From: Candidatus Aenigmatarchaeota archaeon
Lineage (GTDB): Archaea > Aenigmatarchaeota > Aenigmatarchaeia > QMZP01 > QMZT01
Direction of reading: 5' to 3'
Length of the DNA: 64,000 bases
Assembly (NCBI GenBank): GCA_963726265.1
Contig: CAVSBQ010000002.1
Coordinates: forward strand, 480,001-544,000
Shown here: positions 23,285 to 32,176 of the stretch, in pieces
Layout of the letters: each line of letters begins with the position of its first letter
Position numbering within the stretch: the first letter of the stretch is position 1
Translations under genes and position numbers: made by a program
The notes under the pieces: generated by a model
The model's database searches: none
What the model saw: the letters and a program-made list of their open reading frames with translations, nothing else
What the model was told of the DNA's origin: nothing

Positions 23285-24283
23285 ATGGCAAGAGGTCACA
23301 AACCACGAGCGGGTTCGAGAGCATTCTGGCCGAAGAAGCGGGCGAAAAGGATATACCCGAGATTAAAGCACTCGCCGCAGCTTGACATAGTTGCGAAAAA
23401 AGTAAGCGGCACCAGGCCGATCGAATTCGCGGGCTACAAGGCGGGCATGACCCACGTCATCTTCAACGACACGCGAAAGAAAAGCGTCAGCCATGGCATG
23501 GACGTTTCTAAAGCGGTCTCCGTTATCGAATGCCCGCCGCTTTTCGTTTTCGGCATAAAGCTTTACACGAGGGATTCGAATGGCTACGCAACCATGGGCA
23601 TGATATGGTCAAAGGACCTGAAAAGGGATATCGTGAGGAAGCTTGACGTGCCTAAAAAGACGAAGGCGTCGGTTCAGGATTTCGAAGGCAGGCTTGCGCA
23701 GGTCGCGGATGTCCGCGTTCTTGTCCAGACGCAACCGAGGGATACTGGCTTAGGAAAGAAAAAGCCCGAGGTCTTCGAGCTCGACCTTTCCGGTTCGACC
23801 GGGGAAAAATGGCAATACGCGAAGGAGAAGCTCGGCAAGGAAATCGACGTGCGCGACGTTTTCTCCGAAGGTGAGTATGTCGACGTCAAGGGAGTGACGA
23901 AAGGCAAAGGCTACCAGGGCCCTGTCAAGAGGTTCGGCATAAAAATCAGGTCGCGCAAAAACAAGCTCAAGATGCGCCACCTGGGAACCATGGGTCCTGT
24001 CACCCCGAGCAGGGTTCTGCCAGGCGCGGTCGCTCAGGCGGGCCAGATGGGCTTCCAGACCAGAACCGAGTTCAACAAGCGCCTGGTGAAGATAGGCAGC
24101 GACGGCGTAAAAATCGATGGTGGCTTCATCAATTACGGCGAGGTCAGGAAGAATTATGTTCTCATCGAGGGCTCTGTTCCCGGCGCAAGGAAGAGGCTGA
24201 TTTTCTTCAGGAAGTCGTTCAGAAGAATGGACGAGAGAGATCCGACGGAACTGAAATCAATACACACCGGCTCGCAGCAGTAA
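23285..24283 (+). CDS. rpl3: 50S ribosomal protein uL3
   Basis: AGYKAGMTH, TKGKGYQGPVKRFG, AGQMGFQTRTEFNK. Confidence 0.97.
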   Translation: MARGHKPRAGSRAFWPKKRAKRIYPRLKHSPQLDIVAKKVSGTRPIEFAGYKAGMTHVIFNDTRKKSVSHGMDVSKAVSVIECPPLFVFGIKLYTRDSNGYATMGMIWSKDLKRDIVRKLDVPKKTKASVQDFEGRLAQVADVRVLVQTQPRDTGLGKKKPEVFELDLSGSTGEKWQYAKEKLGKEIDVRDVFSEGEYVDVKGVTKGKGYQGPVKRFGIKIRSRKNKLKMRHLGTMGPVTPSRVLPGAVAQAGQMGFQTRTEFNKRLVKIGSDGVKIDGGFINYGEVRKNYVLIEGSVPGARKRLIFFRKSFRRMDERDPTELKSIHTGSQQ

Positions 24284-24331
24284 GGCACAGCAACTGCTAT
24301 TTATTTAATCAGGCTAGTTCAATTCATTCTT

Positions 24332-24844
24332 ATGGATTTGTGGTATTGCGTAACGCTGGCCGGGCAGCCGGAGGTGTGGATGGCATCGACCCTCGTGGCT
24401 GCCTTGATATACGCCTACCTTAGAAAAGGCCTTGGCACAGAAAGCAGGAAAAGGGCCAAGGCCGTTGTTCTGATTTACATAATAGGCATATGGTTGTCGC
24501 TTTCTCTGGTATTCATACTCAAAAACGCCGTGCAGACCGAAAGGCCATGCATACCCTGCAATTCGCTTGCGGAGAACTGCAATCCCTATTGCGGCACCGA
24601 CAATTCCTTCCCGTCAGGCCATGCAGCGGCGATATTCGCGGCCTTCACGGCGCTTTACGCCGGGACGCGCAAGAAATGGCTCATCCCGCTTTTCATACTG
24701 CCGGTCCTCGTTTCATATTCCAGATACGCTCTTGGCGTGCATTACGCAAGCGATATAATCGCCGGCGCATTCATAGGCATCGCCGGCCCGTGCGTGGCAT
24801 TCCTGTTAGTCAGGCAATACAATCTGGACAAAAAGCCGAAATAA
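24332..24844 (+). CDS. PAP2-family membrane phosphatase
   Basis: K-x6-RP, SFPSGH, SRYALGVHYASD. Confidence 0.92.
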   Translation: MDLWYCVTLAGQPEVWMASTLVAALIYAYLRKGLGTESRKRAKAVVLIYIIGIWLSLSLVFILKNAVQTERPCIPCNSLAENCNPYCGTDNSFPSGHAAAIFAAFTALYAGTRKKWLIPLFILPVLVSYSRYALGVHYASDIIAGAFIGIAGPCVAFLLVRQYNLDKKPK

Positions 24845-24853
24845 TCAAAGAGC

Positions 24854-26080
24854 CTAAACCTTGTATCTCAGAATCCCGCCTATGCCGCCCATTTCTTTGA
24901 GCTGGCTGCCTTCTTTCGTGTCGGACGATATCATCTCGACGTTGGTGCTCATTTCTTCAGCCATCTTCACTATCTCGTCCGTCAGGTCTTTCTCGGCCAG
25001 GATTTCGTAAAGCTCGCTGCACTTCGGGCATTTCAGGCTCTCGAGCTTGTCCCTCGCCATCACGGCGTCGCTCTCCTCTCCGCATTTGGGGCACTTGACC
25101 CTCGCCTTCACCCAGTCGAGCTTGTCGGAAACCAGCAGGATTTCCATGGTGCCTGCCTTTAGCGCGTCGATAATCTCCTTGAGCCCGTATACCGCGAGGC
25201 CGGAATCCTTGCCGAGCTCGTTGAAAAAGCGCATGAGCAGCTTCTTCTCCTTCATCACGCTCGCTTCCTTGAGCGCTTCCTCGGACCTGTTGACCGCTTC
25301 CTCGAGGCCGTATTCCCCCATGTATGATATGTCGACGACGCCGATGACCTTTTTCTGGAAGTCGTATCTCAGAAACCCGCCTGAAGCGAATGTATCTTTC
25401 ACCGGGCCCGGCCCTCCCACTATGATGCCTATCAGGTCTTTCTGCTCATCGAACTGTTTGGAAGCGATGTCGCCGACCTTCTTCATGAAGTCGTTGAGCA
25501 GGCCCTCGCGCACGCGCGCATATCTGGCTTGGGACCACCCACCTGCCTCTGTTTTTCCTGGCACAAGAGAGTCCATATGCTTCAGCGGCCTGACCTTCTT
25601 GCCGTGCAATATCCCTACGTCCGCCTCGGACTTGTCGATTATCACGATGCCGAATATCTCGCGCTCGCGTATCATCTCCTTCAGCGGGTCGAGCACGAAT
25701 TTCTGGTCGCACCAGTAAAGCCGCTGTTTCATTGGTTCCGGCGGCTCAAGGGCGAATATCTCGACATCCGAAACTCCTTCGCGCTCAGAGATGTTTCCGG
25801 AAAAAACGACCAGGCCGTTCGGAGGCGTTTGCTTATACAGTTTCAGGTGCTGGGTTATGCGCTCGAGCGCGGACATGACGTTCTTGCGCACGGACTTCGA
25901 CTTGATGTTTTGGGCGGTCGACTTCTCGTTGCTTATCTGCTCGACCACTTTAAAGAGGTTGAAGCCCGCAGGAATGTAAACGGAAACGAGCTCCGTATGG
26001 CGACCCTTGAACTTGTCCAGTTCTTCGACTAAGTCTTTCAATCTTCTCTTCCGTATGTCCTCATGCGTCATATTTATCAC
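24854..26080 (-). CDS. prf1: Peptide chain release factor aRF1 with an atypical GGWSQ catalytic loop
   Basis: TELVSVYIP, TAQNIKS, YWCDQKF, C-terminal CPKC..CPKC minidomain, GGIGGILRY. Start may be 26071. Confidence 0.95.
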   Translation of the reverse strand: MINMTHEDIRKRRLKDLVEELDKFKGRHTELVSVYIPAGFNLFKVVEQISNEKSTAQNIKSKSVRKNVMSALERITQHLKLYKQTPPNGLVVFSGNISEREGVSDVEIFALEPPEPMKQRLYWCDQKFVLDPLKEMIREREIFGIVIIDKSEADVGILHGKKVRPLKHMDSLVPGKTEAGGWSQARYARVREGLLNDFMKKVGDIASKQFDEQKDLIGIIVGGPGPVKDTFASGGFLRYDFQKKVIGVVDISYMGEYGLEEAVNRSEEALKEASVMKEKKLLMRFFNELGKDSGLAVYGLKEIIDALKAGTMEILLVSDKLDWVKARVKCPKCGEESDAVMARDKLESLKCPKCSELYEILAEKDLTDEIVKMAEEMSTNVEMISSDTKEGSQLKEMGGIGGILRYKV

Positions 26081-26143
26081 TTGTCTCGACGGGTTAAATA
26101 AAAGCTAAAATAAATTTAACGGGCCTCTGCTTAAAAAGCATTG

Positions 26144-27496
26144 TCAGGCCTTTCTGGCAAATGTCAAGAGCTTGTCATTAACCATATCTGGCTCGGGTAT
26201 GCAGATATCTTCAAAAATAATCCATTCGGCATCATAATCTGATTTTTGTTTATACTCCGATTCCGTGTGATATTCGCTTTCAATCTGATAGTCAGAAAGC
26301 GAAAATGTTTTTTCCTTCTTTGATTTGTATTTTTCCTCGCTTATAGCATCTTTTATGTGTGTCTCTTTTTTCAGTTCAATGGAAAATTCTTCGTGTGGCG
26401 GCGGCGAATAGGATTGCTGCTGCACGGATGTTGTGAATCTCCATTTTTCTTTCCCATTTAAGGCGTTCAAACAGTAGAGATGACAGTCCCAACTACCGAA
26501 ATAAATATTATCATTAAAGAAACATGGAAAATCATAAACAGATCCGCCTGCCCTGAATCTCCAGAGCTCTTTTCCGTCTAAATTTAGTGCGTAAACATTA
26601 CTGTCCTCGGATGGCAGATAGATTATGCCATCTTTTATTCCTACACCGATTACGATGCCACCGGTTCTGAACCTCCACAGTTCCTTGCCGTTCAGATCCA
26701 GAGCGAACAGTATCCCGTCTCTGGAGCCTATGTAAAGAACTCCTTGGTAAACTAAAGGTGAGCTCGAAAGTCCGAGTTTGCCAAGCTTGCTTCGCCACAA
26801 TTCCTTTCCCGTATCTGCCCTTAAGGCGTACAGGTAATTGTCCCAAGAAGGAATGTATACCACATCTTCATGAACGAGCAGTGTGTTATCACTTTGTACT
26901 TCCCCGCCCGTCCTGAACCTCCATATTTCCTTTCCTGTTTCTTCCTCCAGACAATAAAGATTTCCGTCGAAGCTGCCCACGTAAACTCTTCCTTTGTAAG
27001 CCACAGGAGAGAATGCCGATTCATCACCCATTCTGAATCTCCATATCTCCCTTCCATCTTTGGTATTCAAACAATACAGATTGCTGTCCCTTGAAGTGAA
27101 ATATAATTTTTCACTATTAACAAATGGGAGGCAGAATATTTCTTTTGAGGCCTGGAAAGACCATATTTCTTTGCCTGTCTCGAAATCTATTGCATACATC
27201 TTTCCACCATAACCACCAACATAGATAACATCCTCGTAAACTTCAGAGACTGGTGAAAGTACCATTCCGTTGGTTTTGAACTTCCATATTTCCTCACCAT
27301 TTTCTGCGTTTATGCAATAAATATAGTGATCCATGCAACCAAAATATGCTTTGTTACCATGTGCTCTGGAATAGCATATGCTACCTCCAAAACCGTGCCT
27401 CCATATCCTGTCGAATTTCTTTATCTTCTTAATTTCAAAATCCTCTAATTCCGTTTCAAAATCGGCGGATTCGAAACCTTCAAAGCCGAAATCCAT
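26144..27496 (-). CDS. PQQ-like (BamB-type) beta-propeller repeat protein, no signal peptide
   Basis: Many GSxDxxLYxL...GKExWRF repeats. Confidence 0.9.
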   Translation of the reverse strand: MDFGFEGFESADFETELEDFEIKKIKKFDRIWRHGFGGSICYSRAHGNKAYFGCMDHYIYCINAENGEEIWKFKTNGMVLSPVSEVYEDVIYVGGYGGKMYAIDFETGKEIWSFQASKEIFCLPFVNSEKLYFTSRDSNLYCLNTKDGREIWRFRMGDESAFSPVAYKGRVYVGSFDGNLYCLEEETGKEIWRFRTGGEVQSDNTLLVHEDVVYIPSWDNYLYALRADTGKELWRSKLGKLGLSSSPLVYQGVLYIGSRDGILFALDLNGKELWRFRTGGIVIGVGIKDGIIYLPSEDSNVYALNLDGKELWRFRAGGSVYDFPCFFNDNIYFGSWDCHLYCLNALNGKEKWRFTTSVQQQSYSPPPHEEFSIELKKETHIKDAISEEKYKSKKEKTFSLSDYQIESEYHTESEYKQKSDYDAEWIIFEDICIPEPDMVNDKLLTFARKA

Positions 27497-28825
27497 AATT
27501 CTTCCTCCACTATGTTTTCAAAAGTCACTAAATTGACATCATAATCCGACTTCTGTTTGTATTCGGATGTCGTTGAGTATTCGCTTGTGACATGATAATC
27601 GGAAAGCGAAACTGTCTCGTCCTTCTTTTTCGCTTTATACCTGTCATCGGATACCGCGTCTTCGACGTGCGTTTCCTTCTTTATCTCGGCGCTGAACGAG
27701 GCGTGCGCCGGCGCTATGTATGCCTGCACCATTGTCGAGGTCGGGCATCTCCACACTTCCTTTCTTTTGTCTATGTCTATGGCGTAAAAATAACAGTCCC
27801 AGCTGCCGATGTAAACCTTGCCTTCGTGCAGGAGGAACTTGCCATACGTCCTCCCGCCGGTCCTGAACCTCCAGAGCTCTTTGCCTGCCATGTCCAGAAA
27901 ATAAACATTCTCGTCCTCGCAGCCGAAAATTATCATGCCGTTGTAAAGCCTCGGCTGCTGCCCGATTATCGGCCCTCCCGCGCGGAAGCGCCAGAGCTCC
28001 CTGCCCCTGAGAGTGAGGGCGAAAAAGTCCCCGTCCCTTGTGCCGAAGTAAAGCACGTTATTATGGACGATTGGCATGCTGCCTCCGATGCCGTATTTGC
28101 CCGATTTGAATCTCCACAACTCCTTGCCGGTATTGCAGTCAACGGCGTAAAGATAATTGTCGAGGCTGCCGAAATAGAGAACTCCCCTGTGGATTATGAA
28201 GGGTATGTTGTTTATCATCTCGTCGCCCGTCCTGAACCTCCACAGCTCCTTTCCGGTTTTGGCGTCAAGGCAATACATGTTGTGGTCGTAAGACGTGATG
28301 TAAACCTTTCCGTTTTCAACCAGTGGTGATGACGCTATCTCCCCGCCCGTCCTGAACCGCCAGTTCTTCCTTGCCGGTCTCGCAGCTGACCGCATAAACG
28401 TTACCGTCCATCGAACCGAAATAGGCATTTTTACCGTAAACGAACGGCGAGCTGAATATCTTGCCCGAGGTCTTGAAAACCCAGACTGCGTCCCTTTTTT
28501 CCAAATCTATCCTGTAGAGGTTCCCGTCGTATGAACCTATGATTATCGAGTTATCGAAAAGCGCAGGCGAGGAGCCGACAATGCTGTCGTTGGTCCTGAA
28601 CGTCCAGATGACTTTGCCACTTCCGGCATCAACCGCATAGACTTGGCCGTCGCATGCGCCAAAGTATATGACCCCTTCGTGCATCAGCGGGTTGTTGTCT
28701 ATGCTGCCGCCAGGGCTCGTCTTCCATACCCTGTCGTACGTCTTCGTCTTCTTCACCACGATTTCCTCGACGTCTACGTCGAAAGCGGAGAAGCCGGAGT
28801 CAAGGTCCTCGAATCCGAAGTCCAT
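27445..28825 (-). CDS. PQQ-like beta-propeller repeat protein (paralogue), frameshifted near 28362
   Basis: ORFs 28316-28825 and 27445-28428 join at GKE..WRFRTGG; same MDFGFE start and C-terminal tail as the neighbouring copy. Confidence 0.85.
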
Positions 28826-28969
28826 CCAAGACCACCTATATTAATTAATTTATTAAAATTTAGTTGGTTTCAGGGCTTATAAACTGTTTAATCACTTAAA
28901 AGTCGTTATATACGTCTATTTTTCCATAAATATATAAAGACAGGATAAAATAAGTATTACCGAAACTCC

Positions 28970-29042
28970 AGCCCCGTAGTCTAGTGGCCAAGGATAACAG
29001 GCTCTGGACCTGTGGACGGCGGTTCGAATCCGCCCGGGGCTA
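28970..29042 (+). tRNA. tRNA-Gln(CUG)
   Basis: Acceptor AGCCCCG/CGGGGCU-A, anticodon arm ACAGG-CU-CUG-GA-CCUGU, T arm GGCGG-UUCGAAU-CCGCC. Confidence 0.97.
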
Positions 29043-29088
29043 TGCTATTTTTAATTAATTTTTATGCTGCCGGAAACCATTATAGAAT

Positions 29089-29430
29089 ATGGTAAAGATA
29101 ACAAACGTCAAGTTCGGCGAGGTCGAGATAGACGGGAAAACGTACTTCTCCGACATGATAGTCTGGTGGGACGGCAGGAGGGAGCTCGTGATGAAGTCCC
29201 ATGAATTCGGCATGAGCGACTTCCTCATGCTGGCCGAGAAAAAGCCCGAAATAATCGTGATAGGCACGGGCATCGACGGCATATGCAGGATTTACGAAGA
29301 GGTCCTGCAGGCCGCGGATGACAAAAAAATCGAGATATACCACGAGATCTCGCCAAAAGCGGCGAAGATGTTCAACGGCTTCCTGGCGGACAAAAAGCGA
29401 GTGGTTGCAGTCATACATTCCACCTCATGA
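29089..29430 (+). CDS. Mth938-like (DUF498) domain protein
   Basis: FGEVEIDGKTY, PEIIVIGTG, AAKMFN, VIHST. Confidence 0.85.
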   Translation: MVKITNVKFGEVEIDGKTYFSDMIVWWDGRRELVMKSHEFGMSDFLMLAEKKPEIIVIGTGIDGICRIYEEVLQAADDKKIEIYHEISPKAAKMFNGFLADKKRVVAVIHSTS

Positions 29431-29539
29431 GGCGCTGGTCTTATGATAACTGGTTTTCTGATTGCCGTGTTTACAGTGGGTCTGACGGAACTGGGTGGCA
29501 GAGGCAAGCGTATTTTAAACACGGATATAATTTTTTAAT

Positions 29540-30563
29540 ATGGGCGTGAATCTTTCCGAGCTGGTTTCAGGCAGGCAGATCGAGCTCTCCGATCTGAAAG
29601 GGCGGATGATAGCGATAGATGCCTACAACACGCTATACCAGTTTCTTTCGATCATACGCGACCGCTTCACCGGCGAGCCGCTGAAGGACTCGAAGGGCCG
29701 CATAACGTCGCATCTTTCCGGGCTGTTTTATCGAACGACCAACCTCCTCGAGAACGGGATAGACCCCGTTTTCGTGTTCGACGGCAAGCCGCCCGCGTTC
29801 AAGCATAAGACCGCCGAGAAGAGGAGCGCAATAAAAAAAGAAGCGGAGGCGAAGCTCGAGAAGGCCAGGGAAGAAGGCGACGCGGAAGCGATAAGGAGAT
29901 ATGCGCAGGCGACGTCGAAGCTGACCGGCGAAATGATAGAGTCCTCGAAAAGGCTGCTGGAGCTCATGGGCGTCGCGGTTCTCCAGGCACCGAGCGAAGG
30001 GGAAGCGCAGGCCGCGTACATGGCGAATGCCGGCGTCGTCTGGGCGAGCGGCTCGCAGGACTGGGATTCGCTGCTTTTCGGGGCGAACAGGATGATCAAG
30101 AACCTGACCGTGAGCGGGCGAAGAAAAATCCCCAGAAAAGAAGACTATGTGGAAATAAGGCCTGAAATAATCGAGCTCGAAACGCGCGCTCGCACGGCTC
30201 GGCATAAGCAGGGAGCAGCTGGTAATGATAGGGATTCTCATAGGCACGGACTACAACCCCGGCGGGATCAAGGGAATAGGCCCGAAGACCGCGCTGAAGC
30301 TGGTCAGGGAAAAGAAGGGTTTCGATGTTTTCTCGGGAATGAAATGGGATTTCGAGCCGAGCGCAGAAGAGATATTCGAATTCTTCATGCATCCCCCCGC
30401 GGCCGACCTGGAAATAAAAAGGCCGAAACCGGACATGGAAAGGCTGAAAGCCTTCATGCTGGATTTTGATTTTTCAGAGGAGCGCATCGGCAAGACCATC
30501 GAGCGGCTTGGCGACCTCAAAGGCAGGGGCTGCAGCGGCCTGGGCAAATGGCTCGTGAAATAG
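29540..30563 (+). CDS. fen: Flap endonuclease 1, apparent frameshift near 30185
   Basis: [56 protein letters not shown] continues in the other frame. Confidence 0.95.
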
Positions 30564-30669
30564 CGCAAAGACGAAAGAACCCGTTTTCAGGTATTTAGTT
30601 TTTTAAAAACAAGCGGACACAATATCAATATATAGGGCTGGAAGCATATCTTTTGTATAAATCCCGGAC

Positions 30670-31377
30670 ATGGTTGGTTTGATGTTGGAAAGGGTTAAGA
30701 CTGGCATAGAAGGCCTGGACGAGATAATGAACGGCGGCATTCCCAAGGGGCAACTCGTGCTCATTTCAGGCACGTGCGGCACCGGCAAAACGACCATGTG
30801 CTCCCAATACGTCTACAACGGCCTGACCAAGTTCAAGGAAAACGCCATTTATCTTTCCTTCGAGGAGATGCCCCAGAACATAAAGAACAACGTCAAACAG
30901 TTCGGCATAGACTTTGAGCCCTTCGAGAAGGCCGGCAGGTTCGCCTTCCTCAAATACGACCCATACCACGTCGAAGAGGTGTTCGACATCCTGGAAAACT
31001 CCATAAGGGACATGGGGGCGCATAGGGTCGTTATCGACTCCGTTTCCGCGCTCGGCATCCACGTCAGGGACAAGGCCGAGCTGAGGCGCATGATATTCAA
31101 CCTTTCGGTCGTGCTCAGGAAACTGGGCTGCACCGCGTTCCTGGTCTCGGAAATCGTCCCCGGAAGCGAGGGCATTTCCAGATACGGCGTTGAGGAATTC
31201 GTGACGGACAGCGTGATTGTCCTTTACTACGAAAGGAGCGATTTCACGTTCAACCGCGCCATCCAGGTGTGGAAAATGAGCGGCTCCGACCACTCGAAAA
31301 AGCTGCATCCCTACAAGATAACGGAAAAAGGCGTGAGCGTGCAGCACAGGGACGAGGCCTTCTTCAGGAAAACCTGA
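30670..31377 (+). CDS. KaiC-like RecA-superfamily ATPase, single domain
   Basis: TGIEGLDEIMNGG, GTCGTGKT, SFEE, VVIDS, EEFVTDSVI. Confidence 0.9.
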   Translation: MVGLMLERVKTGIEGLDEIMNGGIPKGQLVLISGTCGTGKTTMCSQYVYNGLTKFKENAIYLSFEEMPQNIKNNVKQFGIDFEPFEKAGRFAFLKYDPYHVEEVFDILENSIRDMGAHRVVIDSVSALGIHVRDKAELRRMIFNLSVVLRKLGCTAFLVSEIVPGSEGISRYGVEEFVTDSVIVLYYERSDFTFNRAIQVWKMSGSDHSKKLHPYKITEKGVSVQHRDEAFFRKT

Positions 31378-32176
31378 GCGCCTTCCTGAGCTTTTCGAAA
31401 TCATCCGCTTTCAGGTCCCCGGCTTTCTTCCCGAGCATCTTTTCGTGCAGCCCCATTTTTTTGCTGCGTTCCCTCGCCATGTTCTTGGTGAAACGGCCAC
31501 CGAGGATTTTCGTGTTCAGGCTTATGAGAGCCTCAACGAGCGAGTTCCTGAGCTTCTTGTCCTTTTGCAGGAATATCTCCCGGAAAACGAATTTTTCAGG
31601 ACTCTTTCTGTAGGCGTCCATCGAGAGCGGTTTCAGGACAACGGCGACCGATTCCGTCCTCGGCGGGGGGTCGAAATCATCCTTCTTTATTCTGAACGCG
31701 AAATCGGTTCTGAAGAAACACTGGGCCCTGAGCGAGAGCGTTGAATAATTTTTTTCGCCCGGTCCTGATGAGATTATCTTGTAAAAGCCTTCTGGCACGC
31801 TGAGAACGGCGAGATCGAAGCTTCTGCCGGAAAGTTTTCCCAGGAGCGGCTCGCAGATGGCATAAGGTATGTTTGAAACTATCTTGTTGAATCCGGTTTT
31901 GTCGATGATGTCCAGCGCGTTGGCATAAATTATCTCGACGTTCCCTGCGCCAAGCCTGCCCAGCTTTCCGGCGAACCTCCTGTCCATCTCGACGGCGATG
32001 ACCCTGCCCGCCTTCCTTGCCAGTGCCTTCGTGAGTATGCCGAAACCGGCGCCTATTTCCAGCACCGTGTCCCTGCGGCCTACGCCGGCACACGAGACTA
32101 GTCTTTCGACGGTTTCCCGGCTCGTCATCATGTGCTGGTCTTTCGCCGGCTCCGTCTGGAAGGCTTCTTTCCTCAT
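31364..32176 (-). CDS. rsmA: 16S rRNA adenine dimethyltransferase, KsgA/Dim1 family
   Basis: DQHMM, VLEIGAGFG, VSNIPY, FDPPPRTES. Confidence 0.9.
   Translation of the reverse strand: MRKEAFQTEPAKDQHMMTSRETVERLVSCAGVGRRDTVLEIGAGFGILTKALARKAGRVIAVEMDRRFAGKLGRLGAGNVEIIYANALDIIDKTGFNKIVSNIPYAICEPLLGKLSGRSFDLAVLSVPEGFYKIISSGPGEKNYSTLSLRAQCFFRTDFAFRIKKDDFDPPPRTESVAVVLKPLSMDAYRKSPEKFVFREIFLQKDKKLRNSLVEALISLNTKILGGRFTKNMARERSKKMGLHEKMLGKKAGDLKADDFEKLRKALRFS

Noticed and set aside
24854..26080. Stop-codon reassignment linked to the atypical aRF1
   Set aside because: TAA, TAG and TGA all terminate conserved genes at expected positions, and the NIKS and YxCxxxF motifs are intact.
26100..29042. Integrated element at tRNA-Gln carrying the propeller genes
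   Set aside because: No integrase and no duplicated tRNA end were found; the genes lie 5' of the tRNA.
29437..29490. Possible box C/D sRNA (ATGATAA...CTGA...CTGA)
   Set aside because: Box C is imperfect, there is no clear C' box, and the best guide matches to rRNA that I found were only 8 nt.
29540..30563. fen (and likewise thrS) as pseudogenes
   Set aside because: Motifs are fully conserved on both sides of each indel; an error is more parsimonious.
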